This document shows positions 35,660 to 44,385 of a stretch of DNA of 47,491 nt, piece by piece. Position 1 is the stretch's first letter, and each line of letters begins with the position of its first letter. Source of the stretch: an uncultured Cellvibrionales bacterium (lineage in GTDB: Bacteria > Pseudomonadota > Gammaproteobacteria > Pseudomonadales > Cellvibrionaceae); NCBI GenBank assembly GCA_913020395.1, contig CAJWCA010000001.1, positions 1 to 47,491 on the forward strand, given 5' to 3'. A program made the position numbers and the translations under genes. The notes under the pieces are model-generated. The model worked only from the letters and a program-made list of their open reading frames with translations. It was not told where the DNA came from and did no database searches.

Positions 35660-37978
35660 TTACTCGAGCTCGTTAAAAAAGGTATTTAAATTATCAAAAG
35701 TTTGTTTTTCCAGTTTGTCGATTCCCTGAAGGTATTCCGCCGTTTTGGCAATGTCCTTGTCGGCGGCTGCCGTTTCAATATTCGAGGCCATCTCTCTCAG
35801 GCTGGGCAGGCCAAAATTGGCGCACATTCCCGCAAGGGCATGTGCATGTTCTTCTAGACTGCCCAGGTCGCCTTCCTCCAGCGCTTGGTGCAGAGATTTA
35901 ATACGACCATTTGAGGAGTCTTGCGCCTCACTGTAGAGGTCTCGCAAGGTTTCACTGCCGAGATTCCTGTAGTGTTGTTCAATCAGTGTGATCTCGATCG
36001 TTTTGAGAGACGAGGGCTGTGATTCCGTTCGTTTTTTCAATGTTTCGGGGTCGATCACCTCTGCGAGTAGTTGATAAAGGTGATTCGCTTCAATGGGCTT
36101 GGTTGTCACTGCATTCATACCTGCCGCCAGACAGTCTTTTTTACGCTGTTCGGAAATATTGGCTGTGATGCCAATCACCGGAGTATTGGCGATGCTGGCT
36201 TTGCCCAGTTGGCGAATTTTTTGAGTCGCGGTAATGCCGTCCATCACCGGCATGTGGAGATCCATTAACACCACATCGACGGTATCCTGTTGAATGATTT
36301 CAATGGCTTCCGCGCCATTGTTGGCCAGCAATACTAGATGTTTCTCAGCTTCCAGTTGTCCCTTTGCCAGCTTCTGATTAATGCTGACATCATCGACCAC
36401 CAAAATTCTGAGTGGCGGTGTTTCATGGCCGGGAGTTTCATGCACTTCGTAGCTGAGGTCCTCAGTCATTTCAGTGAAAGGCAGGGAGAACCAGAAATGG
36501 CTGCCCTTGTCGGCCTCACTTTCGAAATCGATGTTGCCGTGTTGTTGGGAAACTATTTGTTTGCAAATGGATAGCCCCATGCCGGTGCCTCCAAACTGCC
36601 GACTGATAGATGCCCCGGCCTGAGTAAAAGGGTCAAAAATCTGTGTTTTGGCTGAGTCGGGTATGCCGATGCCGGTATCGATGACAGAAAACGTCAGAGT
36701 CAGCGCGCCGTCGGCATCCCGCACCTGGGAAACTTGTACTTTGACAGAGCCTTGAGTGGTAAATTTTACGGCGTTGGAAATCAGGTTTAGCAATACCTGG
36801 CGAAGTTTGTCCGGGTCTCCACCCAGGGTCTCGGGGATCTCAGAGTCAATATCCGCACTGAGCAATATATGTTTTTTTTCAGCCGAGGCGGAGAGTAGAA
36901 AGATAATACTGTTGACCAGACGGTGCGGATTGAAAGGTATATGTTCAAAGGACAGTTGGCTCTTTTCGTATTTGGAATAATCCAACACCGTGTTGATCAG
37001 GGCGAGCAGGGATTTTCCCGAGTCGAGAATCGCTTCAATGTATTCGCGTAGCCCCCGATCCTTATTTTGACTACTCAACAACTGTGTCATGCCTAAGATG
37101 CCGTTCATGGGTGTGCGTATTTCATGGCTCATCATGGCTAAAAAGTCTGACTTGGCCTGACTGGCCTGCAGGGCGGCGGTTTTCTCCAGGTCGAGTTCTC
37201 GGTTTTTCTCGTGTAGTTGCTGGGTGCGTGTCTGCACGAGCTTTTCCAGGTTGGTATTGGTTTCGATAATTTGCTGATGCTGAGCGTTGATGATTTCGAG
37301 GTGTTCATTAAAGCCATTGATTAAAACGCCAAATTCGTCCTGCCGGTGTGAGTCGGGCAAGGGAATACGTTCGTTAGTGGTGCCCTTTTGCAAGCGCGAG
37401 CTCGCATATAAAATCGATTTTGTGAGTGTAAAATAGAAAACGGCAATCAGAATTAGAGCCAGTAATAAATTTGATAACAGACCCGAAATTAGAACAACGA
37501 GCGCTCGCCGAATGAAAGTGGTTGCCGAAATCGCCGGATCAACTTCCACCCTTAATGTACCGATGACCTCGGCATTGACCCCCTCGTCTATGAGTTCGAG
37601 CTCAAGTGTTTCCACATTCCCGAACAGCCATCGGGTAAACGGTGAGGTGGCCGGTTGATCGGGGTTGTGTGCACTGCCCAGTGCGTTGCCAAAATTGTCG
37701 GTAATGGCCGCCAGAATGATCTGGGGGTTGCTCACCAGCCCTCGGGTAATCTGCAGCGCACCATTCTCGTCAATGTTATAAGCCGCATGGTAAGCGGCCC
37801 GGTTAGCGGTGGTCAGCGCTTTGTTAACCGAGATATTCATCTCGTTTCGCAGGGAAAAGTAATCGAGTCCGATTTGTACCGAACTGAAAATAACGCCCAG
37901 TATAAAGGCGACGATGACCGTGTTTTTGGCCTGCCGGTATGACAGGCTTTTTCTCAATGGAATAGCGGAACTGGGCAT
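35660..37978 (-). CDS. Hybrid sensor histidine kinase (2 TM + periplasmic domain, HAMP, HisKA, HATPase_c, REC, Hpt)
   Basis: H-box FLAMMSHEIRTPMNGILG; N/G boxes LLNLISNAVKFT, DTGIGIP and GGTGMGLSIC; receiver ILVVDD...VLMDLHMPVMDG; C-terminal Hpt HAHALAGMCANFG. Confidence 0.9.
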   Translation of the reverse strand: MPSSAIPLRKSLSYRQAKNTVIVAFILGVIFSSVQIGLDYFSLRNEMNISVNKALTTANRAAYHAAYNIDENGALQITRGLVSNPQIILAAITDNFGNALGSAHNPDQPATSPFTRWLFGNVETLELELIDEGVNAEVIGTLRVEVDPAISATTFIRRALVVLISGLLSNLLLALILIAVFYFTLTKSILYASSRLQKGTTNERIPLPDSHRQDEFGVLINGFNEHLEIINAQHQQIIETNTNLEKLVQTRTQQLHEKNRELDLEKTAALQASQAKSDFLAMMSHEIRTPMNGILGMTQLLSSQNKDRGLREYIEAILDSGKSLLALINTVLDYSKYEKSQLSFEHIPFNPHRLVNSIIFLLSASAEKKHILLSADIDSEIPETLGGDPDKLRQVLLNLISNAVKFTTQGSVKVQVSQVRDADGALTLTFSVIDTGIGIPDSAKTQIFDPFTQAGASISRQFGGTGMGLSICKQIVSQQHGNIDFESEADKGSHFWFSLPFTEMTEDLSYEVHETPGHETPPLRILVVDDVSINQKLAKGQLEAEKHLVLLANNGAEAIEIIQQDTVDVVLMDLHMPVMDGITATQKIRQLGKASIANTPVIGITANISEQRKKDCLAAGMNAVTTKPIEANHLYQLLAEVIDPETLKKRTESQPSSLKTIEITLIEQHYRNLGSETLRDLYSEAQDSSNGRIKSLHQALEEGDLGSLEEHAHALAGMCANFGLPSLREMASNIETAAADKDIAKTAEYLQGIDKLEKQTFDNLNTFFNELE

Positions 37979-38070
37979 ATTAGGGGTCTCTGGCCAATCC
38001 TGAAGGTGCTGTAGTCAGTGTAAAGCCTGACAGAGGTTTAGCAATAGCCAGCCCGGGGGCGCGAGGGCGG

Positions 38071-38130
38071 TGTTAACAGCCTGTTAACAATTTGATGCAT
38101 TCGTTGACCTGCCCGTTAATGGCGGGTTAC
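38071..38130. promoter_or_regulatory. Array of TGTTAAC-like repeats in the kinase/ggt-2 divergent region
   Basis: TGTTAAC at 38071 and 38082 (+11), followed by the weaker CGTTGAC (38102), CGTTAAT (38114) and GGGTTAC (38124) at steps of about 10-12 bp. Confidence 0.5.
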
Positions 38131-38222
38131 ACCCGCTTGATATAGTTAGATCTAGTCTACAACCTCCAGAGTTGACCTTGTTTGTCGGTTGCTCATGGCC
38201 TAGATATAAACGGGAAATTGTT

Positions 38223-39935
38223 GTGAAAAAGAACCTGTCTGTCATTGTTTTGTGTTGCCTGTTCTCTCTGAGCAGTCATGCCACTGTTCCTATCATTGAC
38301 CACAAAAGCATCTTTCATCCGGTAGTGGGGCGACAGGGCATGGTGGCCTCGCAAGAGGCACTGGCAAGCCAGGTCGGGCTTGAGATACTCGCCAAAGGCG
38401 GCAACGCGGTAGATGCAGCCGTAGGAGTGGGGTTTGCTCTGGCGGTAACATTGCCCAAAGCCGGAAATCTCGGCGGTGGTGGTTTTATGTTGGTGCACCT
38501 TGCCGAAAGTGGCAAGACACTGGCGCTGGATTATAGGGAGATGGCACCAGGACGGGCTGGAAAAGACATGTTTCTGGACTCGAAAGGGGATGTTGATCCA
38601 CACCTTTCTCGCAATACTTTCCAGTCCGCAGGTGTACCGGGCACGGTTGCCGGCCTGATTCACGCGCTGGAAGAATACGGCACTCTGTCGATCAAAGACG
38701 TGGTCGCGCCTGCCATAAAACTGGCTGACGAAGGTTTTGTGATCAGTCATGAGCTCGCTGCAGAATTGGAGAGCAGGCGCAAACAGCTGTCTCGCTCTGA
38801 AGCGGGGCGAAAGATATTTTTCAAACCCGATGGCAGCGCGTTTAAAGCCGGCGAGCGTTTAATTCAAAAAGACTTGGCCTGGTCTTTGAAGATGATTGCC
38901 AAGAACGGAGAAGATGCCTTCTATCGCGGCTCAATTGCCGATAAATTTGTAGCAGACTCGAAGCGGCACAAGGGTTTGATTGATGCGGATGACCTCAACA
39001 ATTATCACGTTGCCGAGAGAAAACCTGTGACAGGTGAATACCGGGGAATGACCGTGGTGTCGATGCCCCCACCCAGTTCCGGTGGTGTTCATGTTCAGCA
39101 AATGCTGAATGTGCTCAAAAACTACGACCTGAAAAAAATGGGGCACAACAGTGCCGACTACCTGCATGTGCTGGCCGAGTCGATGAAATATGCCTATGCC
39201 GACCGCAGTGAATATTTAGGTGACACGGACTTCGTTGATGTGCCCATTAAAGAATTAGTCTCTGCGCCGTACACCCAAAAAATTGCGGCAAAAATTTCCC
39301 TGGCACGAGCGAGGCCTTCCGACGAAATTAAACCTGGCAGTGAACAGCCATTTGAAAGCCACGATACCACACACTACTCGGTGGCAGATAAACACGGCAA
39401 TGTGGTATCCAATACTTATACTCTCAACTTCAGTTATGGCTCAGGCATTGTGATTGAAGGCACTGGCATTCTGTTGAATAACGAGATGGATGATTTCTCC
39501 GCAAAACCAGGGGTGCCAAATGCCTTTGGCTTGTTGGGTGGTGAAGCGAATGCCATCGAACCTCGCAAGCGCCCTTTGAGTGCAATGACGCCGGTGATTG
39601 TTCTTAAAGAAGATAAACCCTTTCTGGTTCTTGGCAGCCCCGGTGGCAGCAAGATAATTAATGTGGTTTTACAAGTCATTTTAAATGTTATTGATCACGG
39701 CATGAATATCGCGGAGGCAAGCTCTGTTCCCCGCATTCACCACCAGTGGTTTCCCGATGTATTAAATGTTGAGCGTGGAATCTCGCTTGATACCCTGCGT
39801 TTGTTGGAGCAAAAAGGGCATAAAATTCACACAACACGGGTGCTGGGCAGTACACAATCCATATTGCTTAATGATGAAAAAATGTACGGTTCTTCTGACC
39901 CCCGTCGCCCGGGAGCATTGACCGTTTCCTACTAA
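38223..39935 (+). CDS. ggt: Gamma-glutamyltranspeptidase, copy 2 (paralogue of 29585..31351)
   Basis: Same motif set: GMVASQ, GGNAVDAAVG, LPKAGNLGGGGFML, nucleophile HDTTHYSVAD, SPGGSKIINV. I prefer the GTG at 38223 (VKKNLSVIVLCCLFSLSSHA signal peptide) to the track's TTG at 38172, but the start is uncertain. Confidence 0.9.
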   Translation: MKKNLSVIVLCCLFSLSSHATVPIIDHKSIFHPVVGRQGMVASQEALASQVGLEILAKGGNAVDAAVGVGFALAVTLPKAGNLGGGGFMLVHLAESGKTLALDYREMAPGRAGKDMFLDSKGDVDPHLSRNTFQSAGVPGTVAGLIHALEEYGTLSIKDVVAPAIKLADEGFVISHELAAELESRRKQLSRSEAGRKIFFKPDGSAFKAGERLIQKDLAWSLKMIAKNGEDAFYRGSIADKFVADSKRHKGLIDADDLNNYHVAERKPVTGEYRGMTVVSMPPPSSGGVHVQQMLNVLKNYDLKKMGHNSADYLHVLAESMKYAYADRSEYLGDTDFVDVPIKELVSAPYTQKIAAKISLARARPSDEIKPGSEQPFESHDTTHYSVADKHGNVVSNTYTLNFSYGSGIVIEGTGILLNNEMDDFSAKPGVPNAFGLLGGEANAIEPRKRPLSAMTPVIVLKEDKPFLVLGSPGGSKIINVVLQVILNVIDHGMNIAEASSVPRIHHQWFPDVLNVERGISLDTLRLLEQKGHKIHTTRVLGSTQSILLNDEKMYGSSDPRRPGALTVSY

Positions 39936-39958
39936 AAGTTTGCATGTTCTGATCTGCC

Positions 39959-40009
39959 AGCTACTATAATTGAGCGGACTTCTTTAAGTTCTGCTCAATT
40001 ATAGTAGCT
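39959..40009. repeat. Perfect 17-bp inverted repeat with a 17-nt spacer
   Basis: AGCTACTATAATTGAGC (39959-39975), a 17-nt spacer, then GCTCAATTATAGTAGCT (39993-40009). It lies between the ggt-2 stop and the MCP start, and no T-tract follows. Confidence 0.9.
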
Positions 40010-40031
40010 AATAACGTAGAAAAGACATGAT

Positions 40032-41180
40032 ATGACTCAATTCAGCCTCCGTGCTTCCATCATTGTTATCACCTTAGTGGGTCTGGCTGCATTTATTTTT
40101 TCAATTACCTGGTTAGGATTGTTGGCGGTGGTGATGCTGGCTGGGCTGGCTTGGGTGGCCTCTGTTGCGCCGGAGCCTGAAGTCATCAATGAGTTTCAAG
40201 CAGAGAAAGAACAATACGCCAGCTACATGGGAGACTCTTTCAACGTTTCTTACTTGCAGCTCTCTGAGGCCGCTGATGATGTCAATCATGTCAAAACAGT
40301 CATCGCCAATGCCAGCACTCACCTTAACTCGTGTCTCGAAGGGCTAAGGGAGGATTCAGGTGGGCAACTCCGTTTACTGGAACGGTTACTCAATGATTTA
40401 GTGGGTTTGTCAGGCGAGGCGGAGGGAGACGAGCAACAAGACGGCCTGGGTGATTTCTCAGCTCGCATTCGCGAGGAGGTGGGAGATCTGGTTGGCGCTC
40501 TCAGCCAAGTCGATACAAGCAGCCAGGATGCTCTTAAGCAGTTTTCGGAAATGACTGAACGCATCGTATCAGTTGAACAAATGGTTGAAGATATTACTTC
40601 AATTACCTCCCAGACTAACTTGCTCGCTTTGAATGCGGCTATCGAAGCGGCGCGGGCAGGAGAAGCGGGGCGTGGGTTTGCGGTGGTGGCCGACGAAGTG
40701 CGTAACCTTTCCATGCGCACCGGTAGTTTTAGTGATCAGATTAAAAGCCAGATTGCTTCGCTACGCACAACCCTTGACAGCGTTAGTGTGTCGATCGAAG
40801 AGGTCTCAGATTTTGACATCGAAAAACACCGCGAGGCAGAAAAGGACCTCAACCTAATGGTGGCGCGCATTGTTGAAGTGAATACCAAGGCGGGAGAGCA
40901 TTCGAGTGAAATCCGATCGGTGGCACAAAACATTCAAACCAATATTGGCGCGAGTATCACACAGCTTCAATTTGAAGATATCTCTCGGCAGCAGCTCGAT
41001 CAGCTCAGTGAACGTATTGAGGCTATTCAAGCGCTGATGCGTATTACACTTGAATATAATAAGTCGCTCGATGTGGTTGAGAAAATGCAGACGGCTTTGG
41101 ATCAGCTCAATGAATTTAAACAAATAGGCGTGAGTAAATCCCAGGAGTCTATGGAGTCAGGCTCGGCGGAACTGTTTTAA
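40032..41180 (+). CDS. Methyl-accepting chemotaxis protein (short; TM hairpin with no periplasmic sensor domain)
   Basis: The highly conserved signalling hairpin [33 protein letters not shown] is present. Two adjacent N-terminal TM segments are joined by only a few residues. Confidence 0.85.
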   Translation: MTQFSLRASIIVITLVGLAAFIFSITWLGLLAVVMLAGLAWVASVAPEPEVINEFQAEKEQYASYMGDSFNVSYLQLSEAADDVNHVKTVIANASTHLNSCLEGLREDSGGQLRLLERLLNDLVGLSGEAEGDEQQDGLGDFSARIREEVGDLVGALSQVDTSSQDALKQFSEMTERIVSVEQMVEDITSITSQTNLLALNAAIEAARAGEAGRGFAVVADEVRNLSMRTGSFSDQIKSQIASLRTTLDSVSVSIEEVSDFDIEKHREAEKDLNLMVARIVEVNTKAGEHSSEIRSVAQNIQTNIGASITQLQFEDISRQQLDQLSERIEAIQALMRITLEYNKSLDVVEKMQTALDQLNEFKQIGVSKSQESMESGSAELF

Positions 41181-42514
41181 CGGTAGTCTCTGCCCATGGT
41201 GTCAGGTCTCATCAATGTTCTTTCGCGGGCTTCTGATGCTCTGTCAAATTTTGCCGAAGTGCCAGAAACCCCCAGATCTTGTATCGAGCACCAATCCTCC
41301 ATGTTGTCCATTAACATGGCATCTGGTACTGATTGAATGTACGGGTCAACGTCATTTAAATCGAGTAAAGCCTGCAGCGCATAGGTCGCTCTGCTAGCAA
41401 CCATTGGCAGCCCTACCCGATTGCGTACCCCCCACCGAATGATATAAGAAGAGCAAAAGCTGTCGTCTCCTGTTGGCGCATCGGTAAAGGCCAGTTCCCG
41501 GTCTACATCGTAGTAATATTTCATCATGACCTCTTCAAACAGCATCGCCAGGTCTTCAAAATTAGAGGAGTAGGCATAGTCATCACTGGCTCCGTCGATT
41601 TCAAAATCCAGCCCCACGGTTTCCGCCGAGGTCATCTTTTGAGTGCTACTTGCTGTCTCCCCATAATATTGAACGCGTGCCAATCCTTTGAGCAGTTCAG
41701 AGCGTAGTGGCTGGCTGGCAGCCAATTGTGCCGAAACTGACATTGGTTGAAGAGCAAATGAGGCGGAAACTACTGACTGATCCCGATTGATGTTTGCTAG
41801 TTCAGCAGGCGGAAATACATCATTGGCGTGGGCGAGTTCGTGAAACAACAAGGAAGCCATTGGCAGCACGGTGTCGTTGAGGGTTCTGGTTTGGCTACCT
41901 TCTAGAGGAAAGTAATCCCAGGCATAATCGCCGTCCTTAATGTAGCGCCAGAGGGGAACAAACTGCAGCTCATTGGCGAAGTCACTTCGGTAGTCTTCAG
42001 CACGATCGATGGTGATTTTCTCTGCGTTAGTTTGCCACAGGTATCTGGGGTCTAAATAGATCGCGCCGGTTAAACTGTGGTAGTAGGAAGGGCGAATGTC
42101 GAAAGCAATAACCACGGTTGTGATTCCCCTGAAAAGCTGCAGGGTATCCGGCGGCAAGACCTCGAGTAGTTCACCAAAGCGCTCTCCCATCCAGGGGTGT
42201 GAAACCACGGTTCGAGACAGAATATCGTTCACATCTGGCGCCATTGTGTCCATGCCCAGAAGAGGCAGGCTAAGTAAACTACAGGAGTTGCTGTTAGTTT
42301 CAACCAATGCACAATCTGCCAGCACATTCGAGTAGGTAGCCGCGGGGGTGACCGGTGTTAAATATTGCGTCGTGACCGGCGGGTCTGCGGGAGAGTTTGC
42401 TGTACTGCTCGCTGAAGAGCCTCCACCGCCACCACCTCCACAGGCAGAACCCAGGAGGGAGAGGGCAACTACCAGGCCGGTGAGCCGCGATTGTTTTGCC
42501 ATGCTGCGTGTCAT
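41177..42514 (-). CDS. Lipoprotein with an HExxH zinc-metallopeptidase-like motif
   Basis: Signal peptide plus lipobox LSLLGSAC, followed by a GGGGGGGSS linker, and HELAH in [14 protein letters not shown] trimmed the start to the ATG at 42512-42514; the ATG at 42500-42502 is also possible. Confidence 0.55.
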   Translation of the reverse strand: MTRSMAKQSRLTGLVVALSLLGSACGGGGGGGSSASSTANSPADPPVTTQYLTPVTPAATYSNVLADCALVETNSNSCSLLSLPLLGMDTMAPDVNDILSRTVVSHPWMGERFGELLEVLPPDTLQLFRGITTVVIAFDIRPSYYHSLTGAIYLDPRYLWQTNAEKITIDRAEDYRSDFANELQFVPLWRYIKDGDYAWDYFPLEGSQTRTLNDTVLPMASLLFHELAHANDVFPPAELANINRDQSVVSASFALQPMSVSAQLAASQPLRSELLKGLARVQYYGETASSTQKMTSAETVGLDFEIDGASDDYAYSSNFEDLAMLFEEVMMKYYYDVDRELAFTDAPTGDDSFCSSYIIRWGVRNRVGLPMVASRATYALQALLDLNDVDPYIQSVPDAMLMDNMEDWCSIQDLGVSGTSAKFDRASEARERTLMRPDTMGRDYR

Positions 42515-42697
42515 TGAAATACAAGTGTCTCGAATAAGTGCTTTGTGAACTTTAGAGAATCGATTGTATGACAGGGATGGAATTGTGAGCAAGCCAGCGC
42601 TGTGTCACTTCGTTATTCTGTGGTACTGTGCTGCCACTTTTGAAGGCCTCTCTTTTAGTGACCTTTATTTTTGATTTTACCCATCAGGTGACCTCAC

Positions 42698-43309
42698 ATG
42701 CAGCTACCCCTCGATATCAACAGTGTTAAAGGTTTTTTGGCAGAGGACGAAGGTGAGGCCTTGTATCAATATGCACTTCAAGCCTCGACCTTGGGGCCGT
42801 GTCTGGAGGTGGGGAGTTATTGTGGTAAGTCTTCTGTCTATATAGGCGCCGCCTGTCAGCAGAACGACAGTGTTCTCTATGCGTTGGATCATCACCGCGG
42901 TTCTGAAGAGCACCAGCTCGGCGAGGAGTATCACGACCCGGAGCTGTATGACGGCGGTGTGGGATTGATGGACAGCTTTAAGGCCTTTCGCGACACGGTT
43001 AGTCGAGCCAAACTTGATGACACAGTGGTGCCTGTTGTATCCAGCTCGGCGGTGGCCTCAAAACATTGGGTGACGCCATTAGGCATGGTGTTCATTGATG
43101 GGGGGCATAGCGAAGAGGCCGCCCACACCGATTACCGCAGCTGGGCTGGACATGTGGTGTCGGGTGGAATTTTGGCGATTCACGACATCTTCCCAAATCC
43201 TGCGGAGGGCGGTCAGGCCCCTTACAATATCTGGAAACTGGCTAAAGCGTCGGGTTTGTTTGAAGAGTTGGCCACGGTGAATACCTTAGGCCTCTTCCGT
43301 CGCAGGTAA
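42698..43309 (+). CDS. Class I SAM-dependent methyltransferase (Methyltransf_24-like)
   Basis: A Rossmann motif I-like LEVGSYCGKSSVYI, then LYALDHH and VFIDGGHSEE...GGILAIHDI. Confidence 0.65.
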   Translation: MQLPLDINSVKGFLAEDEGEALYQYALQASTLGPCLEVGSYCGKSSVYIGAACQQNDSVLYALDHHRGSEEHQLGEEYHDPELYDGGVGLMDSFKAFRDTVSRAKLDDTVVPVVSSSAVASKHWVTPLGMVFIDGGHSEEAAHTDYRSWAGHVVSGGILAIHDIFPNPAEGGQAPYNIWKLAKASGLFEELATVNTLGLFRRR

Positions 43310-44158
43310 TCAGGCTTTAATTTGAGCGCCTTTGCCAATACCTTCATAGGCGCGTACATCAATATCGCTGTTAGGGTGTTCGGCTTTGAGTGTCTGTGCG
43401 ATGTGCATTGCCAGCAGCTCAACGGTCGTATCGCTGTCGATCAAATAGCAGTTACCCCTTGGCATGTTTAAATCAAAATCGCCTTGCTCGGCACGGTAGG
43501 CGAAGCCCAGGTGACGGTCGTCGCTGCCCACGACATCTGCTTCACTGCCAATGTAGATGTCGCGCCACCGCTCTGCCCAATCCGCCTCCATCGCTTCCGA
43601 ACGCTGCCCATTCTCCCAAATCTCAATTCGGGAGCGGTGCCCGTGGGCGATGCGCTGGCAATTGCCCGCATGTTTTTTGAGCCCATGGCTGTACTGGTAG
43701 GCACTGCCTTCAATAGTCTCGAGGCCGAAGCTGAGGTTCAGCCGTTGCAGAGAAGAGGGAAACTGCGGCATGAGCTGGCTAATGCACCACTGAGCGGTTG
43801 ATTCCGGCGTGATAAGGTCGGTATCCACCAGTGCAATTGCCTGGCGTGGCGCGCGGCACGTTAGTGTTTCAGCGCGTTCTCCGGGCAGCCCATAGGACCA
43901 GCTCAGGCTGATATAGTCAGCATCTTCACTAATCACTAGATTAGGAGAGCGAACGGGAACCGCCAGGCGGTGATCCAGCTCATCATCTAGCCAGTGTCTC
44001 AGCGTCTTTTTGACCACACCAAAATCACACACCATGCCTTGCTCATCAAGCGCACCATCGAGTTCTACGTTGGCAAGCCAGGTCTCCCCGAGCAGCCCGC
44101 GCTGGGGGTCGAGGAAGCTGAAATCAACGTTAGTGAGATTGTCGACAAATAAATGCAT
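43310..44158 (-). CDS. 6-pyruvoyl-tetrahydropterin/6-carboxytetrahydropterin synthase family protein (long, two-domain form)
   Basis: N-terminus MHLFVDNLTNVDFSFLD..RGLLGETW...GMVCDFGVVKK and a CxxxxHGH metal/catalytic motif (GNCQRIAHGHRSRIEIW). Confidence 0.7.
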   Translation of the reverse strand: MHLFVDNLTNVDFSFLDPQRGLLGETWLANVELDGALDEQGMVCDFGVVKKTLRHWLDDELDHRLAVPVRSPNLVISEDADYISLSWSYGLPGERAETLTCRAPRQAIALVDTDLITPESTAQWCISQLMPQFPSSLQRLNLSFGLETIEGSAYQYSHGLKKHAGNCQRIAHGHRSRIEIWENGQRSEAMEADWAERWRDIYIGSEADVVGSDDRHLGFAYRAEQGDFDLNMPRGNCYLIDSDTTVELLAMHIAQTLKAEHPNSDIDVRAYEGIGKGAQIKA

Positions 44159-44268
44159 GGTCTAAAGTGCCTGTTGGGTAAATTTTGCGCTGCGTATCTT
44201 ATACTAGTTGGCGCCCAAACGCTTGCAAAGCCTTGAAAAACAATAGATAATCCGCCGCTCTTTGCAAT

Positions 44269-44385
44269 GGTGGCCCTTTTCGGTCCTCTCGCAATGATCT
44301 TCTGTAAACTCCGCCAGGCCCGGAAGGGAGCAACGGTAGCAGAAAGTATCATGTGCCGGGATGTGGCTGACTTGGGCTGCCACCT
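44269..44385 (+). ncRNA. ffs: Signal recognition particle RNA (4.5S RNA)
   Basis: GGTCCTCTCGCAATGATCTTCTGTAAACTCCGCCAGGCCCGGAAGGGAGCAACGGTAGCAGAAAGTATCATGTGCCGGGATGTGGCTGAC is collinear with E. coli 4.5S RNA. The match includes the domain IV GGAA tetraloop and the AGCA / GUGCCGGGAUGU elements. The ends GGTGGC...GCCACC pair. A possible promoter is TTGCAA (44223) - 17 nt - GATAAT (44246). Ends are approximate, within about 10 nt. Confidence 0.85.
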
